Assembly: GCF_009834535.1 (NCBI RefSeq)
Contig: NC_045697.1
Coordinates: 111,726,001-111,790,000, forward strand
DNA length: 64,000 nt
Source of the DNA: Camelus ferus
Taxonomy: Eukaryota
Direction of reading: 5' to 3'
The notes below the pieces were generated by a model. The model saw only the letters and a list, made by a program, of their open reading frames with translations. It was not told the origin of the DNA and ran no database searches. Numbering within the stretch: position 1 is the first letter of the stretch; each line of letters begins with the position of its first letter. Shown here piece by piece: positions 11,879-23,240 of this stretch. Made by a program: the position numbers and the translations under genes.

Positions 11879-13324
11879 TCAGTTATCTGCAGGTCCCTGT
11901 TGGCTGGGATCACCCCCGTAGTCTCTCACCGCGCAGACTGTGAGAGAGTCGCTCCTGATGCAGAAGTAGGGCTTCAGGACTTCCGAAAACGCCGCGGAGA
12001 AGGAGTGGAGGTGAGACCTGTCGTCCACACTGTAGAAGGACACGGCGCCCAGCTCGTAGTCCAGGTACACGCCCACCCCGCCGGGCCGGTCCTTCAGCTC
12101 CAGGGGGACGGCGCCCCCGGGCCCCTGCGCCTCGTACGCCCCGCCGCGCAGCCGCACCGTCCAGCGGCCGCCGGGTCCCGCCGGGCGCCCCGCGCGCGTC
12201 CCGGGGGCGGGGTCTGCGGGGTCCGCGCAGACGCCCACCGCCCACGCCGGCCCGCCCAGCCGCACCTCCCAGTACCGCCGGCCGCGCGCGAAGCTCTGGG
12301 CGCCCAGCACCGCCGGCTCGGCGCTGAACCTCCGCGCGCCGCGGGGCGCCCTCCGCTTCCTCCCCAGGAACGTCGCGGACTTCCTGTCCTCGGACACCAG
12401 CAGGCTGGGGTGCGCCGTCTCGGGGTCCAGGCTCACGTCCTCCCGGAACGTCTGGATGATTTTGCGCAGAGCCGAGTGCTGCGGGGGGAGGCTGCAGCCT
12501 TCGCGGCGCAGCTGGAAGGAGTAGACGGCGGGGCACCGCAGGCCCTCGCACCTGCGCAGGACGCCCGCGATGCCTCTCAGCAGCCTCACGCCGGGCAGCA
12601 CGCTCCGCTCGGCCACCTCCTGCAGGAGGCCCTTCAGGGTGGAAATGTGGTCCGAGAAGGCGGCCACGTTGGCGCCCAGCTGCTCCTGGATGTCCCGCTC
12701 CTCCTGGACCAGCCTCTCCAGGACGGCCTCCTGCTCGCGGTCCACAGCCCGGTTCAGCTGCCCGAACTCCAAGGCCAGCTCCCGCCGCTGGCGCTGCACC
12801 TGCTCCCGCAGCTCCAGCAGCTTCCTGTCCTGCGCGGCCACCAGGCTCTGAGCGTCGGCCACCCGCGTCTTCAGGGGCTCCACGTAACTGCCGAGCCTCT
12901 TGCGGTGGTGAGCGGCGGCCTCGCCCACGGACCTCACCACGTGGCCCTGGTGCTCAGGGGGCTGCGTGCACAGGGGACACAGCAGCTCCAGGTCGTCCTC
13001 GCAGAAGAGGCCCAGGACCTGGTGGTGCCGCTCGCACAGGCGCGGCTCCTCGCGCCTCCTCCTCTTGCTCCTGCGGCCGCCCAGCTGCCTGGCGATGTCG
13101 ATCATCCTGCCCAGCTGGGTGTTGCTCCTGACGTGCCGCTCCTGGCACGGGTGGCGGCACACGGGGCAAGGGAACCTGTCCTCCAGGTGAGCCCAGGACT
13201 GCTGGATGCAGCGGCGGCAGAAGTTGTGCCCACAGTCGATGGTGACGGGGTCGCTCAGGCCGTCCAGACACACGGGACAGTTGGCTTCTGCCTGGAGTCC
13301 AGCCAGGGCCGCCGCCACCGCCAT
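11879..13324 (-). CDS. TRIM75: Tripartite motif-containing protein 75 (RING, B-box2, coiled-coil, PRY/SPRY), 481 aa, single coding exon
   Basis: First ATG at 13324 gives MAVAAALAGLQAEANCPVCLD..., the recognisable TRIM75 N-terminus. Intact C3HC4 RING, B-box (CERH...C..D...CPLC...HQGH), LDPETAHP PRY and YLDYELGAVSFY SPRY. The ORF-track start at 13519 is not an ATG. Confidence 0.9.
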   Translation of the reverse strand: MAVAAALAGLQAEANCPVCLDGLSDPVTIDCGHNFCRRCIQQSWAHLEDRFPCPVCRHPCQERHVRSNTQLGRMIDIARQLGGRRSKRRRREEPRLCERHHQVLGLFCEDDLELLCPLCTQPPEHQGHVVRSVGEAAAHHRKRLGSYVEPLKTRVADAQSLVAAQDRKLLELREQVQRQRRELALEFGQLNRAVDREQEAVLERLVQEERDIQEQLGANVAAFSDHISTLKGLLQEVAERSVLPGVRLLRGIAGVLRRCEGLRCPAVYSFQLRREGCSLPPQHSALRKIIQTFREDVSLDPETAHPSLLVSEDRKSATFLGRKRRAPRGARRFSAEPAVLGAQSFARGRRYWEVRLGGPAWAVGVCADPADPAPGTRAGRPAGPGGRWTVRLRGGAYEAQGPGGAVPLELKDRPGGVGVYLDYELGAVSFYSVDDRSHLHSFSAAFSEVLKPYFCIRSDSLTVCAVRDYGGDPSQQGPADN

Positions 13325-13582
13325 CGGGGCTGCACCGAGGTGGGTTTTCTCTGGAGGCCGGGCTGCAGGGTCTCCACGCTGACAAGCAGGCGCACCCTCG
13401 GTTCTCACTCCTTGTCCAGGACGCTGCGCTCCGAAGGGCCGTCGGAACTCGGTGGCGCGGGCAGTGGCCAGAGTGGCTTCCTTCACTTCCTGCAGCTGAT
13501 CGCAGAGCAGCTGGGCCACTCACTGCTCTCAGCAACTCTCTGGGTCAGAAAGCAGACACAAGTCGAAAGTGCCTTTTCCTTC

Positions 13583-13605
13583 CTGGGGATGAGAAAAATA
13601 ATCCT
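13583..13605 (-). promoter_or_regulatory. Predicted splice acceptor for the TRIM75 coding exon
   Basis: Minus strand reads attatttttctcatccccag|gaa; the exon would begin at 13582. Confidence 0.55.
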
Positions 13606-15169
13606 GCCTGTGAAAAGGCTGCCCTGTGTTGTGGGACCAGCTCGCTGCCACCTTGAAGAATCTGCTGACCCTCCCCTCCACCACGATCCACTTACACCCG
13701 CAGGGACCACTGGCTGATGTGACGGTGTCCTGGGAGTTGAAATGTGTGTGGGCTTGGGGATGAGAGCCCCAGGCCTGGGTGGGGAGTCCCCCTCAGTCAA
13801 CAGCTTATCTGTGGACCTGGGCAAAGTCACATAGCATCCCTGATTCTAAGAGGATCTGGTTAAAGGACAAAATTCTCAGCTTCAATCATTTCAGTGTTGT
13901 CAAAAATCTAATAAAAGAACCTGCTACTTTTTGGCTTAAACCACAGATATTTCTGACAGCACTCAATTCATAATACATAAAAATTTACTTTTCACTTAAG
14001 GTTCTCAACTACAGGATATATCAGATACATCAGACTGTGTGCATAAGTGGATTTGATTTGGACTAGAAGAAATTTATCTGGACACCCTGCCAGGTCAGAA
14101 AACTCTTCACATCAGGCACAGTATGAGATTGAGATCAGGATTTTATTGTGAGTTGAAGCTGAGAAACACACATACACATAACTACTCCCTGACATCCTTG
14201 GTGAGCTGCCAGCTAGTGAAGCTTTGTGAGGTCAGAATCTCTACAAGGATGTGTGGCACTTTCCCTTAGAAGCTGCTGCTGATTCTCAAAGAGCTGAGAG
14301 GCCAACTCAGGGCACCCACAGAGGATGTGTCCTGGTAAACTCCCCAGACTTTCCTCTGAGATCAGTGAAGTGATCCCAAAGCTGGACGCTGAGTATCCAT
14401 GGCCGATGCGGGGAGGTGTGAGGGAGTCTATTGATTTAATTATCTTGATGCCTGATTGGTTTAAAACAGTATTTTGATCCAGAATGATGGACAAATGAAT
14501 TTCAGAGTGTTCTAGCCTCTGATTGCCCAGCCCACTACCACCCTCTGGGCCCCCTCCAGTCTTCTGCCACCCACACCCAGATCTAGTCACACCCCCTCCC
14601 ACAGGGCTCTCCTGCAGGACTGCGTTTCATCTAGAGGACCCCGTCCTTCCCTCAGCTCCAGCTTCCCCAGCACCAGGCTCTCACCCTCCTACCCTCCTGT
14701 AGTATGTTCAGCTCCTCTGGCCCCAGTGCCTTTGTACCAGCAGAGCCCTCAGAGGTCTCCGGTGCTGCCCGGCTCAGAGCTCACTGTCACTTCTTCCAGA
14801 TCTCAGCTTCCCCGCTGCATGAGGGTCACCTCCCCAACAAAATGTGACAGAGCAGTAAGGACAGGATCGTGAGCTCTTTTCACTCTGACTGCTGTAGATT
14901 TACAGATTTGGAAAAACTGCATCCCACACAGAGCTGTCACCTCCGTGCTGTCTGCCATGATTGCATCTCCAAAAATCACCTCAGTCCCTGGCTAAGCTGT
15001 AGAGCACTAAAATCCTGCCAGGTTTCCGGGTCTCCCATAGGGACTGAGTGACTCTGGGGTAACCTGCTTCTGCTCTGCCTGTCTGCAGGCAGGCGTGGTG
15101 AGATGGAGGAAGACCAAATTCCTCCCCGGCCCCCGGAGCTCTAATCGTTGTCCCTCCCCACCTGCACAC

Positions 15170-15634
15170 TGATGAGATTTAAAGTTCCTTAAAAGTCAAA
15201 ATGGAGCCGGTGGCCAATGTGGCTGTGGTTTCAGACACATCCCTGCACCAGTAACAACCTGACTTTTCTGAACTGGATCAAACTCAAGGACACCACCAGC
15301 TGTTTACAAAGCAGTACCTGCTGACAGCTCTAGCTGCAACCTTGTAGTTTCAAACCCCTCCCCACCCCCACCCTCACAATTGTGTTATCAATTTGAGCAA
15401 CAACCAGTCCTTCTCTGTTTCACCATCACCCTTCTTGCCAGGTCCATCCTAATTATTGACAGCCAACTGATGGAGCCTTGCAGGTTTCATGCCTTTATAA
15501 GCCTTCCCCATTGTGTATCCTGGGGACACAATTCAAGTGCTTTTTGAATCTGTGTCTCCGGGACTGCAGTCCTAACGACCCCCAATAAACGTCTCTATTT
15601 CAGTGAGGTCTGGGTTTCTGGGGTTTTGGTTAAC
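15170..15634 (+). mobile_element. Solo LTR inside the predicted TRIM75 intron, antisense to the gene
   Basis: TG...CA ends (tgatgagattt...ggttaaca), tttataa box at ~15495 and AATAAA at ~15584. Confidence 0.6.
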
Positions 15635-15949
15635 ACTCCACACTTCCCAGGACTGAGACATCCTGGAGGGGGATCCCACAGCTTCAGACCAGCCTTTGCG
15701 GGATTGTCACACACAAGTATTTTCATCCTCAGGCCCCCAGGACAGGGTAGGAACTTGGCATCTGTGCTCTCAGTACGCATTTAGGTGACTTAGGACAAGG
15801 CAGGCTGAGGGACTGGGAACCCTGATAAAGGACAGGTTTTAGCAGAAGCCAAACCTGAGTGTGGATCCCTCGGAGGTGGGTCCCTAGGCTGGGCCCAGAG
15901 CAGGGACTCAGGGAGCCCTGGCCTTGTCACCTCCCCACTCCTGCTCTCC

Positions 15950-16120
15950 ACTTACCTGGTGCGGCTCTGGTGGTGTCCCAACGCCTGGTCCTCAGTCTGC
16001 TGTCCCACCAAATAGTGTGGGCGGGGATGTGACCCGAGCATATATACACCGCCAGGAGGGTGGAGCTATTGGGGTCCCGCCCTAAAGGCTGTGGCTCCTC
16101 CCCCGGAGAGTGGATTGGAT
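15950..16120 (-). promoter_or_regulatory. Predicted TRIM75 promoter and short non-coding exon 1
   Basis: Minus strand: CCAAT boxes (~16068, ~16114), TATATA (16041-16046), then a perfect donor CAG|GTAAGT (exon ends at 15956). CpG-rich segment upstream at 16340-16790. Confidence 0.6.
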
Positions 16121-19081
16121 GAGTGTTTAGAGGTGCTGCTCAGAGTTGAGGGGGGGAGGGGGGAGGACCCAGCCTGGGATGAGGCCAAGCTGATGGGCGG
16201 CCGCTGTCCCGGTGATAACAGGATCCCAGCTGCAGATTTGAGATCCTCCCATGATCCTTTCAACGCCACTTAACTTTAATCTTCTCCGATGGGGGAAATG
16301 AACTCTGAAAGGCGCTGTGAGTCTGTCCATTTCCTCCCCAGGGAGGTGTGACTCCCCCGCCCTTCCCGATCTCCAGCTCCGCGTGCACGCGGAGGGTCCG
16401 GGGTCTGGGTGAGTCCATCCCGGGCCCCCTGCACCCTCACGACGAGCAGTTTCCTATTCCAGGACCGCTGAACCCCGACCGCAGACAGGGCAGTGTACAG
16501 AGCCCAGGTCCGGACCTGCCTGACACACGGAAGACAAACTGTGCGAAGTCCCGGCCCCCGAGACAGTTGTGCCGCTGCGGATGGTTCAGGTTCCCGGCGT
16601 GATTGTCTCCCAGAGACGAGGGCGCTGCGGGGAGGGGCCCCTTGGGAGGAGACGCGCACCCAGGAGAAGCCCGGAGTGAGGCAGGAACCGCAGGGCCGGA
16701 GGGCAGCAGTGCCTGGAGGGCGGTGGCCTCTGAGCGTCTGCCGACTCTGTTCCTGGCGCGCCCCGCGGCCTCAGCGCAGCAGGGATTAGAATTCCAGGGC
16801 CTTGATGAAAATTTGAAAAGACGATGTTTGCGGGGAAAACCCTCTAATTTTGATGTATTTTGCTTTGGAACTGCCAAAGCAGTTTGCATTTGTTTCCTGC
16901 AACATTTCTGTAAAATAAGCCTGGTAAGTAACATAGTCAGTGAGGACAGACAGAAAATGGCTGTCTTCCAGGTGGCAAATAACAAAACACCTGCACTAGC
17001 TTTGCAGCTTCCTGTGAAAATACAATTGTTTCTAAACAAGTTAAAACAAATACACAACCAAAACCCAAAACACCATCTAATTCTTGAGATTATATTATCC
17101 CACAGTTATTAATTGTATTAATTTGCATAATGTTCTCATGAACCATAGAGGAAAAGTACCAACCGGGAAATGTCTCCCAGGTGGGTCCAGTAGAGAAATA
17201 AGCCCTACATTTTCCTCGAAAAGTATTGGTGTAAGTATTTTTGCTCTGATATGAGAGCTGTTATTCAAAGTACAAAATGAAACCTCTCCCAACTCATAAT
17301 TTAGAAAGCGCCAGTCCCCCTGGACTTTGGTGTATGCGGTGCAACACAGGGGTTAAGACCAGAGAAAGATTTGTCAGCTTCCCCCTTGGGGGATGGCAGA
17401 GCCATAGCATCCCAGGGGATGGACCCCTACAGACACCATGGCCCCTTCACCACTGCCTCCTTCTCCACCAACTAATGATGCCAACCCTCTGAAGACTCAG
17501 GGCAGCTGGTAAACAAGTAACCTTGTGAGATTGTGTGGACAGCGTGGTTTCACGGTTTCCACTGTCATGCCTTTTCTGTCTTCTGAGGTGAGAAGACTGG
17601 GAACTCAAGTTTCAGTATCTAGGGTCAAATTGACCTTGGAAAGGTTGATTTTACACTTTCTGTAGGTTAAAATGTTTTCAAGAGATGGATCCATTTTTCT
17701 TCCATTCATATGAAAGGACCGCTGGAGGGTCTAGATCTCCATACCTGCTGGAGACGCTTTCAGCCCCTGGGAGCAAGTCCAGGTCTGACCCCGCCCCACT
17801 TCTCTTCAGTCTGGAGGCTGCCCACCCCACTTCCAGTCCCCTAGAATGTGCCAACGTGACCTGGTTTCCCTTGACAACTCCTGTCAGGAGGGTCCTTTCC
17901 AGGCCTGTCCCCTTTGTAGAGGGTCAGGGGGAGCTGGCTGCCCCGCGGGGTGCAGTAAGGGAGGTGCAGGAGTCACGTGTTTAGGGCTGTACCTGGATCT
18001 GGACTTTGGGAGCGGGTGTATTTTCAAACTATTCTGATGGGTCAGGAGATCCGGGGTCTGTCAGACACAGACGACTCTTCTCAGTTGACAGCAGAGGGGA
18101 ACGGCTGCCGGGTCTTGACCTTCAGTCCTGTGCTTTGCCCGCATCTTCTTCATAGACCCATCATCTCCTGATCGGCTTATCACCTAGTCCCCAACCCAGC
18201 CAACCTCCGGAGCTCTCTCACTCACTTCATAGTTAGAGTCCTGGAGCCAGAGACATGAGTGTCATCCCAGCTGGGCCTGTGACCGTCCAGGGAGCAGAGA
18301 CATAGGAAAGCAGGGCATATTTGCCTCCTTGCCCCGTTTCAGTGTGGATGACCTTCCCATCCGGAGAGAGGATGAGGCTTTGCTTCTCATCAGGAACAGA
18401 CATTGCCCCCCTCCTGCAGATCCTGCACCGAAATGTCTGGTACCATCTGTTGGAAAACGTTTGAACAACCAAACCCACACGATTAGATCAAAAATAACAC
18501 TGGGCAGTTGAGCCCCTGCGGCCACAGCAATGCGTGTCCAGGACCACGGGGTGGAGCGTTCCCAGCTCCTGGTCAGCCCGGAGCGGCCCGCGCACACACA
18601 GGAAGCGGCCGTTCCCTCTTTTAAACCACGGCTGAGGACAGGTGTCCTCCAACCCCAGCCCAGCCCCTTCTGTTCACTGAACTCAGGGTCTCAGAAACTG
18701 TTCCACATCCACACACATATTTCACTATGAGCAGAAGCCTGAATGGAAAGTGTTGCATCCATGGTGGGAAGAGAAGTTTCTGGAAGAAGGACAGTCTTTC
18801 TGCGAGGTCAGCGTTCCCTCCAGTGTTCTTCCGCCCTCTCAGTTTCAAATCAGAGGTGTCGCCTACTGAGTGCTTTACCAGGTTAGACTGCGTGCTCTGT
18901 GCTTTACTCAAACATCCTGTGAAAACTTCACGAGAATTCTCTACTGTGGGAGGACTTGCCTCCCATAGACAAAAGTGGAAAGGGAGGGTTAGAGTGGTGA
19001 CGTCTGCGGGGCCACCGGGATGGAGTGTCACCCCTCTGGGGCCACAACAGCCCGTCTCTTTCAAAATACTTAAGAGTATTT

Positions 19082-19538
19082 CAAAATACTGGTTTTTAAG
19101 TATAATTTCCATTTTGTTGTTTTGTTTTGCAGAGAACAAGATTTCTTCAGTCATTAAGGACTTAGCTCCTTACATGGGCTCTGGTGGAGGCCGTGGGGCG
19201 GCACCTGCAGGTCTAAATCTGGGTGGGCATGTTCGCTCCTTCCGGGCTTCACGAGGACTCCTGACCACCTTGCTGTGCGTGGCACAGCTCACGTAGTAGT
19301 GCAGTTCCACAGACAGCTTGGGAGGCACGTAGGCGTGGAGACACTTGCTTCAGAAACGTCCCCGATGGCTGCGGCCTCTACTGTGTTTTGAATGACAAAC
19401 TTCTCAGTGACCGTGTCCTTGGGCAGGCATCTGGCACAGCAAATAAGCTGCATGAGGCTGCAGGCCTTTTTGGCAAGACCATCGTTCCCTCTTTGCCTGG
19501 TCACCAGGCGAGGACACGAGAGAGCCAAAATACATTTT
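19082..19538 (-). pseudogene. RPS26: Processed pseudogene of ribosomal protein S26 (eS26)
   Basis: Intronless and degenerate: VTRQRGNDGLAKK...CARCLPKD...[21 protein letters not shown], a frameshift, then ...[16 protein letters not shown] (TAA at 19170-19172). Start is GTG; RPS26-like 3' UTR; caaaatac repeat on both flanks (likely TSD). Confidence 0.93.
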
Positions 19539-21185
19539 ATTCCCACTGGCCAGCTAATTCCCGATTTGAGAATACTCTCCCAAAAGTCCAAAAAGAAAAA
19601 AGTTGTGATTCATAACATTTCCATGCAAGGGGCATTTATCTGATGGCAAGAGGAGAGACACGTCCCTGCGCAAGGGAAGCAGCCCGAGCCTGAGCTTTGG
19701 GGCGATCTCAGCTCTCTGACAATTGAGTATAAGTCAGAAGTCACTGCGATGTGGTTAACAGTCTTGTATGTTATCCGGCACAAAACAGTATCAGGAACAA
19801 CACAGTTATTCTGTAAATGTCAGCATTAGGTCAGTGGATCAGCGCCCTCAAAGGTTTTAACCACCAGTGACGAGTTCAGCAGGCTCAGTGATGGTGTTGG
19901 GGGGGCAGATGGAGGTTCTCTAATTCTGCGCCCCTACACTTCACTGCTGGCATCTTCCCTAAAGAAGACCTTTCCCTCCCTGACGTCCCCTTCTGTGTTT
20001 TTAGAGGCACCCCCTGGACTCATGAATTCTCTTCCTCTCCAACGTGTATACCCATCATTCTCCTTGCTGAGGTCCAGAGAGCCCCACATGGAGCCGGCCA
20101 TGCTCCCTATGCTGCCTCTGCACCCTCTTGGCCAGTCCTCGCTAGTCTTTGAGCTCATCCCTGCTGTGAGATACAGGAGCCTTCATTCCCATCTTTTATT
20201 CTCCTGAGACCAGACCTAGAACCAATATTTTCTCTGTGACACTCTGTTGGGCTTTATTGATGAAGGATAATGAAAAACTAAGATCTGGTGGAGTAAACGC
20301 TTTTAAATGTGTGATGTAAAACAAATGAGGGTGTACGTGTTAAGAACTATGAAGGATGTGAGATTTACCTTATTTTTGAGCTGACAAGTTAGCCTGCCCC
20401 TGTATGATGGATGCTGGCCGAAGACACAAAGCACTTTCTTACTCGTGGCACAGTGGTGGCATGAACTCTATGTTAGTCTCAGTACCCGGGGTCCTTCCAT
20501 CCGTGGGGTGAGCCTAGATGGATGCGGTGCACACAGGGGATTTGCAGCACAGACGGGAACTCCCAGCCCAGGACATCCGGATCCTCACTGCGCTGTGGGC
20601 AAAACTGCCCAGACTCTGCCCCAAAGGGAGGCATAGCCTTCAACATGATGTACAGCAGTCACACCTCCCTCTGCTCTGCAGGGTGACTCTCCAGCTTCTG
20701 AAGCAGCTCCTCAGGAAGCATCCTTGGAAAGATAGTGCAGAACCAAATGGCAGCCAGTGCCTCTGCTCACAGGATGTGCAGAAGCCCTCAGACTCACAGA
20801 ATGTTCTCCCAACATTGCCCAGACCAGGAAGCAGCATTACAACAGGAACTGAGACAACTCTTCTGTGGGCGTGGACATCTGGGTCTCTGAGGACATTATT
20901 AAGAAGACTTTTAGGAATTGGGAAGGGGAGGTGTGGAGAAGGGCCAGGGAGGACACCTCTGCAAGAAGGGGTCTGCACAGGGGTCTCTAAGCATGCTCTC
21001 CAGACCAGTAGCATCATGACCATGTAGACATTTATTAAAATATAGGTTCCTGGGCCCCACCTCCAACCTACTGACTCAGAAATAATGGGGTGGGGGACGG
21101 GGCCCAGAAACCACTGTTACCGACAGCCTACCGGTGACCCTGGTGCACCCCAACCTTTGAGAACCATTCATCTGGAAGTTGCATT

Positions 21186-21620
21186 TCAAGGAAACTAGAA
21201 TATGTCACCCCAAAATATGCCTTTATGACACAAAAATTATATTGAGCTGAAGGCAATTAAGAAGCAGCAAACCCACAAACCCTCCCCTTCTCTGGCTAGT
21301 GGTGGGATACAAATTCTCGTCTTAGTGGCCGCAGACCCTTGTCAGCCCAGGGAGGGCGCCAGAGGAAGCTGCAAACAAACCTTACTCCATTAATTCTCCT
21401 CCATGGTTTGAATTTCCCACATCCTGCCTCCCTTGAAAGCCTAAATCTGTTCCAAGCTCCTCTCTCTGGTCTACAAATGACCTGTTTGTCGAAGCTGCTT
21501 TATAAGCTGGGGTTCTGAGCCTCCACGGGGGTTCCGTTTCCTTTAGGTTCCTCCAGCGAGGGGGTGCTGCGGCCCCCATTCCCTGCCTCCCTCTTGCTAA
21601 TTTCTCTGAGAGACTGCCAG
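21186..21620 (+). mobile_element. MER34-like LTR
   Basis: aatatgtcaccccaaaatatgcc...ttgagctgaagg start. Related copies lie at ~6150-6400 and ~61240-61720. Confidence 0.55.
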
Positions 21621-22644
21621 GGGCAAGCAGAGTAGGGCGGGGGCTGCACTTGCCTGCAGGGCGCGTCCAGAGCAGACATTCAGTCCCCGCCCTGCTGGGT
21701 GATTCCGCCCGCAGGAGGCCCCAGCAGATGACACGGGTAGGTCACACAGCAGGGGAGGATCCTGGGTTAAAAGAGGATGTTTTTGCTTTTTTCTGACAGG
21801 AGGAGCACTGAGAGGCGAGATTCTCTGAATGAAAATTGGATATGTGAAAAAAGAGTTATTTTTGGAGTAAAACCAGGAGGGATGGCACATCGGAGAGCTC
21901 GCGGACGCTCAGGTGTCAGCCACTCTGAAGACTTCAGCCGCCGTCTCTCTCTTAAAGGGTCTGGAGTCCGTGTTTGTAGCTTCAGCCTCAGTAAATCCAA
22001 GTGCAAACTAGGTCCTTCTGTTTCTTCGAGGACCAGACACGCCTTGTGCTTAAACTGCACTCACTTCCCCTCAGTTCTGCCCTGGTCCCGCGCTGTCACC
22101 TACGTGGCTGAAGCTCTTGCCTTGGGGTCCCTCTCCACCCTTTACTGACCTCCTGGGTGCACTTCCCACCTCGTCCACCAGGCGGCCTCAGGGCACCATG
22201 GGTCCAGCGGGAGCCTCCTGCTGCCCAGTCTGTATCCACTGGCTGCTGTATCCACCTCTTATCCACCAAGATTAGGGTGCAGCCCGGAGAGCTGTTCAAA
22301 AGTCCCTGCTGCTCTCGGGGTCCCTCTGCCTGAAATCCGCCACTGGCTCCCACTGTTCTCAGGGTCCAAATCTGAAATTCCACTCACGGCCCCTGGCCAG
22401 CTGTCTCTCGCCTCACATACTGGTTTCAGGGGAGTAAATCTCGGTGCCCTCATTTCGGGGAAAATAATGTCACCATAACTTCTCAGTTTGCCAAAGCACA
22501 CAGGCCTTTGAGGGGAAACCTCTGACTCCTGAATTACTTCTCCCCACACTCTGAACCCCACGGAAAGGAGTTGCCACGGCCCCCAAGTAGTTGGACTTCT
22601 CAGCCAAGCTCCCTCCTGATCTTCCCATTTGATCTCTCTCTCTC

Positions 22645-23240
22645 TTTTTTAAATGAAGTATAGGCAGTTACAATGTATCAATTTCTGGTGTACAGCATAA
22701 CCTCTCAGTCATGCATATATGCATGTATTCATTTTTATATTATTTTTCATTAATGGTTATTACAATATACTAAATATAGTTCCCTGTGCTATAGAGAAGA
22801 AATTTATTTTATTCATTTTTATATATAGTGCTTATCATTTGCAAATCTCAAACACCCAAATTTATCCTTTCCTGCCCCATTCCCCGGTAACCACAAAGCC
22901 ACAGGATTGTTTTCTATGTCTGTGAGTCTGTTTCTTTGGTAGATAAGATCATTAATGTTCTCTTTTCTTTTTCTTCTTGTTTTTAGATTTATACTTATGA
23001 GTGATATCCTGTATTTTTCTTTTTCTGGCTTATTTTACGTAGAATGACAATCTTAAGCTCCCTTCATGTTGCTGCAAATGGCATTATTTTAATCTTTTTA
23101 TGGCTGAGTAGTATTCCATTGTATAAACATACCACAGCTTCTTTATCAGGTCCTCTGTTGATGGACATTTAGGTTGTTTCCATGTCTTAACTATTGTAAA
23201 CAGTGCTGCTGTGAACATTGGGGTGCAGGTATCTTTTTCA
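22645..23240 (-). mobile_element. L1 3' end fragment
   Basis: Artiodactyl-type L1 3' UTR (atatagttccctgtgctatag; tggctgagtagtattccattg). Confidence 0.8.

Noticed and set aside
13325..13519. 65-aa N-terminal extension of TRIM75 in the ORF track
   Set aside because: Begins at a non-ATG codon; family homology starts at MAVAAAL.
11900..13717. 605-aa plus-strand ORF antisense to TRIM75, and other overlapping ORFs
   Set aside because: Expected stop-codon depletion opposite a very GC3-rich CDS; non-ATG start and no recognisable domain.
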